Positions 1-12,462 of a DNA stretch of 64,000 nucleotides are shown piece by piece. Each line of letters begins with the position of its first letter. The stretch's first letter is position 1. The stretch is taken from assembly GCA_951406725.2 (NCBI GenBank), contig OX597819.1, forward strand, positions 62,868,001 through 62,932,000. The letters run 5' to 3'. The position numbers were made by a program, and so were the translations under genes. The notes under the pieces are model-generated. The model was not told where the DNA came from. It saw nothing but the letters and a program-made list of their open reading frames with translations, and did not search any database. Source of the stretch: Octopus vulgaris (lineage: Eukaryota).

Positions 1-157
1 GTGAATAGGAATCAACAGGATTGATACGGTTAGATATTTGTAGAGAATACAAATTAGACTTTAAAATTATACTGTAGAAATTCATGTGAGTTAGATTGTA
101 TGTAGTTTTGTATAAGCGAATGCGTGTTTATATATTGAATATATATAGTTATGATTG

Positions 158-236
<79 letters not shown>

Positions 237-309
237 GTGGTGATGCTCCAGTATGACCACAGTCGCACAGCTGAAACCAGTAAAAAATTAAAGAACAAAA
301 GAATACATG

Positions 310-347
<38 letters not shown>

Positions 348-716
348 TTTATGTGTTATATATATGTATATATGTTATATGTTACATATATATATATATA
401 TGTATATATGTTATATATATACATATGTGTTATATATATATATATATATATATATATGAGCACATACCTATATAGTGTGATATAAGCATATACACATACA
501 TACATTTGATTTGATTGGCCTTATTGATACAAAATTGCAGTCTTGCATGATTTGTGTATTTGTAAATTAATGCAAATATATGGATTTATGCATATGAATA
601 TATACACATACACATGCACACAAGAAGAAACGTATGTATGTATGAATGTGTGCGTGTATATATATATGTATTATATGTATATATGTATATATATATAGAT
701 AGATAGATAGCTAGAT

Positions 717-756
<40 letters not shown>

Positions 757-1392
757 ACATATATATATATGTGTGTGTGTGTGTGTGTATATATACACAT
801 GAACACATTATGATACCGTATTGTGCTATATATATGAAACACGTATACACATTTGAATATTTTCATGTATGACCGGGAGGTGTATATGTGCGTATGTAGA
901 TTCCTGATATGAAAAATACATTATTGGGATCATTTTGATAACAATACATCTAACTAGAATCTATTATAAATCTAGTCCTGAATTTTGTAAATTAGCAGAG
1001 AAGAATCGCGAACAATCTCTACATATAACAATGTTACAGCTTTCAGAATCGTGACTGGATGTTCGCCAGGCACCATTTTTAGGTTGTTATAAATATGGAT
1101 GAAGCCTTATATTTTAAAGAGATAGTCACATCTGCACTAACACTATAAAGAGACTTTGTGTTGGGCCCTCAGATGTTTTTTTATCATTATCTTTATGCTT
1201 CTTATTCTAATTGTAGAACATACACGTAGCTATACTAGATGAAATGGTTATAACCAGTTGAACCTAGTTAAGATTTTCTTGGTTTTGTGTGGATGGAAAT
1301 AAGGTGTGCGGTTTAACCACTGAATCCGTTTCCACAGAACACTTGAATGTATATCTGTTAATTCTACGCATGTCTACATGTTCACCATAGAT

Positions 1393-1436
<44 letters not shown>

Positions 1437-1585
1437 GAGGCATATATTTATATACATACACTAGTCTCACACTAGAATAAGTACTGGGTCGATTTGTCCG
1501 ACTAAAGGCGTGCTCCAGCATGGCCGCAGTTAAAGATTGAAACAAATAAAGGAATAAAAGAATATATATATATATATATATATAT

Positions 1586-3597
1586 GAGTGGTGGGCACCG
1601 TTAATCGAAAATTTAACTTTGTTAATCGTTAATCCGTTAATTCTTTGAAAATGTAACGGAAGTTAACGTTAATCCGTTTACATTAAATTTTATTGAAAAA
1701 ATGTATAACTACAGTTTAATACCCCGCCGACCTTGTTGCCTCATAACTTCCAGAAAAATGGAGGAAGGCGAGGAAGGGGAGGAAGATGAGGAAGGGGTAG
1801 AAGGGGAGGTGGAGAAGATATAGATTACGATTACAAAGGTTTTGTAGGCAAAATGTTTGGAAGGGAACTGGTGTTGGTGTTGGTGGCCGGGAAGGAGTTT
1901 CTAGAAAACGGAGTTTCAGATCAGACGGCCCACGTGATTTGGAAGCTCCCTGTTTTGACGAAGATATTTTCCAATGTCTACGAACAAAAAGTAAAAAATA
2001 AAAATAAAAATTTGTTTTCACTCCCACCACCACCTCACCACCCCAGTCCGAAACAAATTTGGCTATTTTTTTTTCACAGCGCACTTAAAATCCGTGATAA
2101 AAACATTTTCAGTTTTAAAAATATTGTTAATAATTTCAGAAGAAAATGTGTGATTTAAGGGAGAGCTGCCTGTAGTTTTAAGCACATCCCCAAACAATCC
2201 TCCTCGTTTCTTTCTCACTCACACATACATTGATATTTTTCAATATTTATCCCCCCATAAATAAATTTTATGGAATGATAATATCAAAGTACCTCACGTG
2301 TAGTCTTAACCGAGCGAAACCGTGTTATGTATGTGTATAAGAAAAAAACACATAAAAACATCTTTAGTGTTCATATTATTCTGTCAAATCTAATGCGTAA
2401 TTGTTCACGTTATTTTGAATTATTCAGGTTCAAGAGGGGCGTCCATAATATTTGCCTGTAACTTTGTAAATTTTCTACATACAAATTCGAAATGTTGTCA
2501 GTGTGTACTTTATATACCACTGGTTTATAGTTATGTAATTTTAGTTGATCACGCGAAGTAAATTTGACTGGCAGGTAAATTTAATCAACAGGTGTAAAAG
2601 CAACAACATTATGGATAAACACTAGAATTGAGATTCTTAATGCATCTTTCCTGTTTGATTTGTTACTAAAATTATCCCAGATGGCAATCGACAAAACTTT
2701 TGCCACTTTTCAAGATGAGTTACATTAATTTAAATTAATTAAAATATAGGTATAATCGGAACAAGATTTTATTCTTTCGGTAAGTATTTCGTATCTCGGT
2801 GTGGAACAATTCTTTTCTAGTTTCTTTTTTTTTTGTGATGCATTCAACATATCTGACCTCCAAACCCACCACAAGTCACTTTTTTCCAGAAAAGAAAGAT
2901 GGGAAGGGTGGTGGGGACCTCGAAGTTTCCACCAAGGGAGTTTTGTTTCGAGTGTCTTTTTTTTCTTTTCCAGGTTATTTTGCATGCTTTCAACGAATGT
3001 GACAGTGAAATCACGCGTAAACGGCTCCTTTTTCCAGAAAAGGAAAGATTTGGCTGCTATTCCTAGCATGCCCTGCTACCACGTAACAGCTATTTGCGTT
3101 CACACCGAAATATTTACCAACTTTTTTCCTTCCATTTATTTATGGAAGTCATCCACCTGAGCGAGGTTACTGTTGACATCCACCTGAGCGAGGTTACTGA
3201 ACAAGTGGAAACACATCAAACACTGTTCCCTCTTGACAGGACAAAGGAATTTCCCGCCGTCTTTGCAAGCAACAAGCGGGTGGATTTAGTTTCAAATCCA
3301 GGCAGGATCAAACGAAGTCCTACATGTTATTTATAATAAGTGGCCTTATATAAGGGTTGGAAAAAATGACGCGTACAATATTAGAAATGCTAAGACAATC
3401 TGAAAACAATAGAAACTTTTAAACGTTTACCAATCAGTATGAAATTTTGGGGCTAACGGACTTGAGTTAATGGAAGCTAAATGTAACGGAAGTTAATTAG
3501 TCCGAAATTATTTTTAAAGTTAACTAAAAGTTAAATCGTTAACGAGAATGTTAACTTCATTAATTAACGATTATCGGATTAACGAACTTACGCCCAG

Positions 3598-3602
<5 letters not shown>
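1586..3602. mobile_element. Non-autonomous hAT-like DNA transposon (~2 kb) inserted in (TA)n
   Basis: Imperfect terminal inverted repeats gagtggtgggc...gttaatc (1586) and gattaacg...gcccagttctg (3602), with clustered subterminal ttaacg/cgttaa motifs at both ends; no intact transposase. Confidence 0.55.
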
Positions 3603-3662
<60 letters not shown>

Positions 3663-3899
3663 CTATATGTATATGTATGTGTCCTAGTGTGTTATCCGTA
3701 CACATGTCTACATATCCACCATAGATGTGTGTGTGTATGAGTATACATACATACATACATACATACATACATACATACATACATTTTATAGATAGGGTCA
3801 CTATTCCAAGAAAATTGCTTACTGAGTGCAGAACTCCAGAGGATCAGTGAAATACCAGTGTCCCACTCCACTGGGACACTTGCAATAGCTTTGGCCCCA

Positions 3900-4790
3900 C
3901 AGCTCTACTCAACGAAATAGCAATTATTGATGGCATCAAAACAGAGGAAACTAAAGGTGACATCAGCCATTGATGAAATGAGCTGAAACTCAGGCAGAGG
4001 CCCTGATGGATTCCCAGCAATCCTCCTTAAGAAATGCAGAGGGGCTCAAGCAAGGTCACTTCAGATTCTCTTCCAGGGGTTACTCACAACTGGGAGACTT
4101 CCCAAACAGTTAAAGGAAGGCATAATATGCCCTGTCCATAAAGGAGGTATCAGAGCAGATGCTAAAAGTATTGACCTGTCTCTCTAACTTCCCATGTCAG
4201 TAAAGTCATGGAGCGCATTGCCAGGAAGAAACAAATTGCTTTCCTTGAAAATAATGACTTGCTCCCTGACACCCAGCATGGCTTTCGCTCAGGACAATGC
4301 CGTCTTACACAACTTTTTCAGCACTATGACTAGGTGTTGAAGCAATTAATGAATCGCTCAAACGTGGATGTGATATATCTTGACTTTGCAAACGCCTTTG
4401 ATAATGTTGATCGGGGATAATGTCACAAACTACGGAGATTCAGCATAACTGGGAAGATCAGCGAGTGGTTGCATGAGTCGCAACCACGGAAGCCAGGCTG
4501 TAGCAGCCAGCGGAGCCCCTTTCAAGGAGACTATAATAGAGAGTGTAGTGCATAAGGGAAGTGTACTGGGGCCGCAACTGTTTATGATGGTTCTTTCAGA
4601 CATGCCACTATTTACACAGACAGCCACGCTTACTAGCTATGCCGACGACTGAAAAGTAGTACAAGCAGTCAAGGAACCTTCTGATGCTAATATTCTACAG
4701 ATAGAGCAACATGCCACATATAAGTGGACTGAGGACAACAACATCCAATTTAATGCAGGAAAATACCAAGCCCTCTGCTACGAGCTAATT
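3900..4790 (+). pseudogene. Degenerate CR1/L2-type LINE reverse transcriptase fragment
   Basis: Motifs recoverable across stops and frameshifts: GPDGFPA.LLKKC, PVHKGG, PVSLTS, QHGFRSG, YLDFANAFD, GSVLGP.LF, YADD. Confidence 0.85.
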
Positions 4791-4878
4791 GGTGCTCAGA
4801 AGTCACAACATATAACTAGATAAAAAAAGTATAAAAATGAATAATCAATATAAATAAGTAAATAAGTAAAAAACTTAT

Positions 4879-5262
4879 ATATTGTTATATTTCGGAATGG
4901 TCATATTGCCAGTTTAGCCAATAAAAACACACGCACTATATATTTGGTGTTATTTTGCTTCAGTGATATTTATTTTTTACATTAATCTTAATCTTATTTC
5001 GGCCAAAGTTCTTTCGTCACACTCCTGTGACCGCATCAGTGGTCCTTTGTTTTCTTCTCACTTACTTGTGTCTCTCCTTACTAACCGTCAGCCATTTTGT
5101 ATTTCTATTGTATGTCTTCATTTGCGCATGCTTATATCTCTATGTGCGTCTATGTTTATTTAGTGTGTGTGTGAGGGGGATGCCTGTAATATTTGTATCT
5201 TCTGGTTATATACATTCTTGTAATTTGTATTTTGTTTTTGTTGTTGTTGCTTTTGTTCTAAT
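4879..5262 (-). repeat. 3' pseudo-LTR of the Penelope-like element
   Basis: Direct repeat of 9528-9911 (offset 4649). Confidence 0.93.
5001..5045 (-). ncRNA. Minimal type I hammerhead-like ribozyme (variant core) in 3' pLTR
   Basis: Minus strand: GGACCA CUGAUG-CG GUCACA-GGAG-UGUGAC GAAA G-AA-C UU UGGCC. 6-bp stem II, 2-bp stem III, stem I with one mismatch. Confidence 0.6.
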
Positions 5263-5358
5263 TTTGTTCATGTGTTTACATCCACCCATTATTATCATTA
5301 CATATGCTTGTATGTATGTATAACAACAATATTAGTAATAATAATAATAAATCTAATT

Positions 5359-5420
<62 letters not shown>

Positions 5421-5435
5421 TATACATACATATAC

Positions 5436-5466
<31 letters not shown>

Positions 5467-5644
5467 CATACATACATATACATATACATACACATACACA
5501 TATATATATACATATACATACACATATATATACACACATACACACACATATACACATATACATACACATATACATATATATAGTTATTCATTTCTATTTC
5601 TTTAATTATCTGTGTATTTATTATGTTTGCAGGATCCACTATCG

Positions 5645-8600
5645 TCATATGTTGTGGTGTGCGCTATTGCTCCATTCTAGTTTTCTATTCAGGCTAGGTT
5701 TATTTTCTATTATATGTGTAGCTTCTGTAATTTGTCTAATTGTTGCATCTGTTCTATGTGTGGACAATATCTTAATCTCTATGTTATTGATTGATCCCCC
5801 GTGTTCTTGTTCAGCGTGTTGGTACAGAATCGATGAGCTTTTACCTTCCTTGTGTTGTCTCCAATGTTCATTCACCCGCTCACCAATGCTTCTTGCTGTT
5901 TCCCCTACGTATGTTACTGTCTTGTTACTGCATCGTCCCTCTATACATCTTATACTATAGACCACATTTCTGGCTTTACAGTTTGTTTGTGGGCTAAATC
6001 TACATACAGTGCAATAGTTATCCGTACAGAGAGTTCTACTAAAGGGATAGCTTCTACCAATTATAGATCTGATAGGGTTGCCTGGCTTTTCAACAACCTT
6101 AATTCTTAGTTTAAGTTTATCTAGGGTCCTTCTAAAGCGGTACGCCAGTTCACCTCCAGGGGTGGTGTCAACGAACATGACACTCTGGTATTTATGGCTA
6201 TCATACCAAGAGTTGGCCTTCCCTATTTTCTTTTTTGTCCTTTCTATAGTGTTCCATGACTTGTTCCTATAGAGTGGGCAAATCCCATTCCTATCATTAC
6301 ATAATATATTATCAAATTTCTTCATGGCTCCTTTGTATACTCTGACCCTTTCTTTATGGCTGTAACCTGAGAACTGCATGCGGTGAATGAAATACTGTAT
6401 GTGTCTCTTTAATTCTGTAGGCTCGCACATGCGTGACACATTTCTCATTATTCTGACGAGGTCTGCCATCAAAATATTGAATTTGGCATTGCCCGCAATG
6501 GCTGAGTTCCGGTGGATCAGGTATTTTGAGGCCATAGGTTTTGCATAGTATGAATGAAGGATTTGGGTTTTATTTTTCACAATTTCTAGCCAGAGTTCAG
6601 TGTCTAGTACTGGTAGTCTATGGTTGGGGTGTTTAGTGGGGTAGTCTATTGTGACCTTAATACTCTGGTGGATGGAGTTAGCTATTTGCTGGATGCTCTC
6701 CATAGTATTAGTTTCTATTACTATATCAACATTACTCTCTTGTGGGGGTGCCTTTACTACTATATTGATATCATCAACATAGCGAGAGTACATGTTTACG
6801 AGTATGGATTTCTGCAGTAGGCATTCTTTAAGTCTTCTGTCCCACCATACCATGAAGAGGTTGGCCACATCACCAGCGATACTAACACCGATGGCTGCCC
6901 CCTCGTCCTGGGCATATATTATATTATTAAATTTAAATGTGTGGCCTTTTAGGGTAACTCTTATACTAGCTCCTAGTGCATGTGCGATCATTTTCTTTAC
7001 CTGATGGACATTTGCGGGGCTCCGTATGGCTCTGGTCCATCCGCGCCATCTTTCTATATGTGTCTTCCTAGCCATAGAAGTAATTGTAGGCGGTCTACCT
7101 CTTAAACATCTACTGGGGCAGAAACTACTAAGATTATGTTTATCTAAGTATTCACTATTATATGTCAGTCTAAGTAGGAGGCCCAGTTCTTCTGTGTCGA
7201 CATTACAGAACTCCACCTGGCTCTCGTTGATCATCTCCACGCACTTCTCCACTGCAAAATCTACGTCAATCGATGGGTATAGGGATACCACATCCATGCT
7301 ACCTACTATACATCCTGTCAAGTCACAAGTTTTGTTACAGTCACTGATCCTGCTTAGGAGATCTTCTGTGCTATCACACACATCAGGTGACATCCTGATT
7401 ATAGGGCGTATGATCATTGAGAGGAAGTAGGAGATTCTGTAATTGCTAGCGATATTCGCTCCACAGACTGGTCTTGTTGGTGGTCCTGCTATAGGGTTAG
7501 TAAAACCTTTATGGTCCTTGCGAAGTCCATACAGTGCCGGGATATCATTGTTCCAGGCTTGGAAATTCCTTGCAGTACGTTTCTGAGGTCCTAGAACAAT
7601 TGTCCACATCAGCATGTGGGCATTGAGGACCTTTTCTCTCTCCTCATGCGCCTGTACAGTTGTTACTTTTGTATTGGCGATATGAGGTTGCATTGCCTGG
7701 ATGTAGTTCGGTAAGCTGTCTATTGACATCCTGCCGGACTTATCCGTGGGAAGGCATATCACCTCTCCGTTCCTCGTGCGCTGAATGAGCTTCTGTAGGC
7801 CACATGCAGGTTTAATCCCGAGTTGTTGGGCATCTGTCTTATTCTGTCTCTGTCTCTTAATGTATAATCCTAAAATCTGTCTAAGTTTGGTCCTAGCTAT
7901 AGTGAACTGTGCTTCCATGTGGTCATTAGTACGTCTTGGGATGTATACTCTTTTGTTGAAGGGTAATGTTGTTGGATAAATTCGGTTCATGCAGTAAGTT
8001 TTGTCGCATACGTTGAAGAATTGAGTGTCAAAGGGATGGGTATACATGTCAATGGTCTCTCTAGGGTTATCTTCATTATCGTTACTGTTTCCAACATCAG
8101 CCTTCCTATTATTATTATCACCATTACCACTACTACTAGTATTCCTATTACCACCACAACTATCACTACTATCCTCATTACTACTTCTACTGTTACCATC
8201 ACCACTACTACTACCACTATTATTGTTATTACCTTTATTCCTACTATTGCCATTATTACTATCATCGCTAGTGATATATTCATTGTTCCTGTTTCTGGTA
8301 TATGTGTTGTTTATATTAGTGTTGGGTTTTATGTCTGTCTGTTGGTCCCTGTCATTCCCCCTGTTGCGGTCGTTATTTTTGTTCCTATGAGTATTGTTAT
8401 CTGTTTCAAGTCCGCTGACTCCCTGTCCAAGGATCCTGTTGCATTCAACTTTATTCTCCATCGTGACCCCTATGACACAACTTTTATTCGTGTCTTTGTG
8501 ACTATGGCTATCTGTGTGTGTGTTTGTTTGTCGGTTCTCCCTATAATTGTTGTTGTTGTTGTATACGATTTTTCTCTCTCTGTTTGTGTTTTTGTTTTTG

Positions 8601-9553
8601 TATCTATTGTTTGTGTCTATGCATATATTTTTTCTATTGTTGTTGTTGTTGCCGCTGTTAGGGTTCGTGTTGTTGTTGTTGCCGCTGTTAGGGTTCGTGT
8701 TGCTTTTGTTGCTACGGTTGTTATTGTTGCGGTCATTATTGTTTGTGTTGTTGTTGCTGCGGTTAGTGTTTTTCGCGTTGTTGTTGTTGTCGCAAGTGTT
8801 GTTGTCATAGTATCTATTTAAATTCCAACGTATTTTTGTGAACGACTTTTCAATCTCGGACAGGCATTTGATGGTATTCACCTTACTATACACTGCATAC
8901 TTTGGTGGTAGTTGAAGTATCGATATTTCATCCGGGTCCGTTGTTACTCCCCCATAGATGTTCGCTTCATTGTCTTTATTGAACTCTTCTGGTAGTAGCA
9001 CATCTTCCATAATAATTCCATTTATTGTATCTGGATACTTCTGCTTTTCTTCCTTTGCGAGCTCATATTGACGTTTCTGTTTCAACCACGATAACTTCCT
9101 CTAAAAATGGATATTGCATTGGTGTATTACATGTCTGTTTTCTTCATATATTATATCCATTAGTAAGGTTTTCTCCTTTCGTGTGGTGATACTTTTAATT
9201 TCTTTTAAAAATATACGTTTACGCTTCTCTTGTTCGCTCAGCTCTCTGTATATTCTATTTCTAATATTTACCATTAGCGTCCTTTTTAGTCTTTCCGCTT
9301 GTCCGTTAGTGAGGTCAAGCCGTTTAACATTGGCTGTGACCTTGTTGATACATATCCTGGACGAGACACATTGTTTTATAAAACGAAGCTGTTGCGTTGT
9401 CACAGTTTTCTTTAGGCAACAAAATATAGTGTTCTTCAGCATCTTGCAAGCCTGGCTGTGGCTCACGTTAGTACGTTTAAATATTTGTTGTGCAAGATTT
9501 TTTATGTGAAGTCGTGTGTTGAAACAGATATTGTTATATTTCGGAATGGTCAT
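5645..9553 (-). CDS. Penelope-like polyprotein: reverse transcriptase + Cys-rich linker + GIY-YIG endonuclease, interrupted by one in-frame TAG at 9103-9101
   Basis: ORFs 9101-9553 and 5645-9085 are in the same frame (..[12 protein letters not shown]..). Motifs [54 protein letters not shown] linker, NVVYSIRC...[23 protein letters not shown]...PSLN. Confidence 0.92.
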
Positions 9554-9911
9554 ATTGCCAGTTTAGCCAATAAAAATACACGCACTATATATTTGGTGTT
9601 ATTTTGCTTCAGTGATATTTATTTTTTACATTAATCTTAATCTTATTTCGGCCAAAGTTCTTTCGTCACACTCCTGTGACCGCATCAGTGGTCCTTTGTT
9701 TTCTTCTCACTTACTTGTGTCTCTCCTTACTAACCGTCAGCCATTTTGTATTTCTATTGTATGTCTTCATTTGCGCATGCTTATATCTCTATGTGCGTCT
9801 ATGTTTATTTAGTGTGTGTGTGAGGGGGATGCCTGTAATATTTGTATCTTCTGGTTATATACATTCTTGTAATTTGTATTTTGTTTTTGTTGTTGTTGCT
9901 TTTGTTCTAAT
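9528..9911 (-). repeat. 5' pseudo-LTR of the Penelope-like element
   Basis: Direct repeat of 4879-5262; contains the ATG at 9553-9551. Confidence 0.93.
9650..9694 (-). ncRNA. Minimal type I hammerhead-like ribozyme (variant core) in 5' pLTR
   Basis: Identical to 5001-5045; about 100 nt upstream of the ORF ATG. Confidence 0.6.
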
Positions 9912-10406
9912 ATATGTGTTCTTATATATTGATTATTCATTTTTACACTTTTTGTGATCTAGTTATATGTTTAATAAAAATATATTTTATTTTTCATTTA
10001 TGATTTGGTTTATGTCATTGTTTGAATTGCATAATAGTGTTTTTTTTTCTCAAATTTATAATTTATATATATATATATATATATCCATAATATGGTCGAA
10101 AATTAATGCTTATCAGCCAGAAATGTTTCATGACATGGAATCACCTATCACACGCGCGTATTAATTTAGGAGCTAACCAGCAAGACAGTAAAAAAGAAGC
10201 TATTGACGAGCTTCGGACTAAAAGTGTATATTGGCAGATCTATTTGGCAAGCATTCACGATCGCTTGTGAAATAAGACAAAGTAGAATAAAACCTTTCCC
10301 CCACAAAACAATGAAAATACAAACGATAGCTTCGAAATCAAGACTCATAACAAAGCAGGTCCATCTGTTAAACAATCAAATCACAACATCTCTATAGTTC
10401 TATATA

Positions 10407-10972
10407 TTGGGTTGTCCGGAAAATTCGTGCCGAGTTTTAATGTAAAGAAAAAGGTCAATAAATACTTGCCATTACATCTTTAATCAACCAAATATGAACC
10501 ATTTTCTTGCTCAATGCGTCTCCATCTTTCCTTTAACTTGAAAATACCCTCTTCCCAGAATTGAGGTGGTTTCATGGCAAAGAATTCATCAAGGTATCGT
10601 TTTACGTCATCCATGGAATTGAAATTTTTACTATTAAGACTATTCTGCAGAGACCTGAATAAGTGGAAAACTGAAGGAGCAATATCTGGTGAATATTGAG
10701 GGTGAGATAACACATCCCAGCCGAGCTGCTGCAATTTTTGTCTGGTTCCCAAATCATCAAGTGCCGAAAATGAACTTTCTTATCTTTCATTTTAAAGGGT
10801 TACAGAATTAACACAGGTTATAGGAACATAAACCTTCTTCCACGAAAAGATAGCTTAAACTGTGTTCTAAATGGAGGTGTAGTCAAATCCTATTTTATGA
10901 ACTCAACCATGTTCTAAAATAAGTCGAAAGGTAAGCTACTATAAATCGGCAGGAATTTTCCGGACAACCTAG
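10407..10972 (-). mobile_element. Internally deleted mariner transposon
   Basis: 27-bp TIRs ttgggttgtccggaaaattcgtgccga / tcggcaggaattttccggacaacctag; N-terminus MKDKKVHFRHLM joined to C-terminus LSHPQYSPDIAPS.FHLFRSLQN...GIFKLKERW. Confidence 0.92.
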
Positions 10973-11426
10973 TGATGAATAATTTTTGCATCATACATTA
11001 CTGTATTTGCTTATCCAATTAATCTTGTATTGCTAATCAAAAGCTTTCTTTTGAGCATTGTTAAAAGCTTCCCCACTATACTCCCAGTCTTACTCGTTAT
11101 TATGAATATTATTTCCACGACATTTTAAAAGTTGCGGCCATCTAATTGGGCGCCATTTTGAAATTGGCTTATAACACTAGCAACCATGCTACGTTGCTCT
11201 GAATCATAAATCACTTGAATAACAGAGGTTAAACAATTATTTTCATCTGTTTCAACTTCAAACGTGATTTTCTTTATGATTACAGCGAGAGCTGTGTCAG
11301 GTCTGAAGGCATATTTCAAATAAAACCCGTGTTATGGAAATTGTAGAGCAGTGAATAGAAACGATGCAATGAAACGAAGTTCATATACTGTATTAATTTT
11401 CAACATCTTGTCATTAAAATAACAAC

Positions 11427-11842
11427 TCTTTTACTCATTTACTTGTTTCACTCATTTTGACTGCGGCCATGCTGGGGCACTGCCTTTCGTCGAGCAAATC
11501 GACCCCAGGACTTATTCTTTGGAAGCATAGTACTTATTCAATTGGTCTCTTTTGCCGAACCCCTAAACACACCAGCATCGGTTGTCAAGCGATGTTGGGG
11601 GGGAAAAAAACAGACACACAAACATATGCACACACACACACGCACATACATACACACGCACACACACACACATATATATATATGAAGGGTTTCTTTCAGT
11701 TTCCCTCTACCAAATCCACTCACAAGACTTTGGTCGACCCGAGGCTAAAGTTGAAGACACTTGCCCAAGGTGCCACGCAGTGGGAATGAACCCGGAACAA
11801 TGTGGTTGGCAAGCAAGATACTTACCACACAGCCAGTCCTGG
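11427..11842 (-). mobile_element. tRNA-derived SINE, family A (internal CA/TA microsatellite)
   Basis: Matches other family A copies: tRNA-like head ggctgtgtggtaag...gggttca.tccc, ggcaccttgggcaagt core, gaaacaagtaaaagag tail. Confidence 0.85.
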
Positions 11843-12218
11843 TAAAAAACAAATTTTTGTTTCGAAATACTACACTATTATAGAAAAGCAAAACGGTACG
11901 AACTGTCTCCATTTGTATAAAATGTAAACTGGGTGATTAAGAGGCTCGATTTGCAACATCGTGGTTTCATGTTCAATTCCGACGCGCGCTAACTTTGGTG
12001 AGTGGTTTCTATTATAGGTACGGGCAAACAAATCCGCTGTGAGTGAATTTGGTAGTAACTCTGCGGAAGCCAGTTGAAATATAAATAATCGATATTATTT
12101 GTATATAGGTTCGATATTACTCAAGTTCCATCTGAGTGGGGCATTGGAAAGGCCTTATCATTTTACTATTCTACGGACATAATAACAACCTACCTACGCA
12201 CGTACGTACGTACGTACC

Positions 12219-12270
<52 letters not shown>

Positions 12271-12312
12271 CATACACACACATATATATGTATATACATA
12301 TATATACATATA

Positions 12313-12416
<104 letters not shown>

Positions 12417-12462
12417 TGATATTTAATACATGAAATAAGTATATATGATGTATGAATGCCAT

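Larger units (their letters stand above)
4879..9911 (-). mobile_element. Penelope-like retroelement (Neptune-like), near full length, bounded by direct pseudo-LTRs
   Basis: RT + GIY-YIG ORF flanked by 384-bp direct repeats 4879-5262 and 9528-9911 (one substitution seen); ORF ATG lies inside the pLTR; hammerhead-like motif in each pLTR. Confidence 0.93.

Noticed and set aside
54-800. Many ORFs rich in YI, HT, CV or LSIY repeats here and throughout the window
   Set aside because: They are translations of stop-free (TA)n, (CA)n, (TATC)n and (TACC)n microsatellites.
8657-8693. TTAGGG telomere-like hexamers
   Set aside because: Two isolated occurrences inside a 30-bp coding duplication.
8021-8821. 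266-aa hydrophobic plus-strand ORF
   Set aside because: Antisense shadow of the Asn-rich triplet region of the Penelope ORF.
9101-9103. Selenocysteine recoding as in Naiad-type PLEs
   Set aside because: The stop is UAG, not UGA, and the endonuclease is C-terminal.
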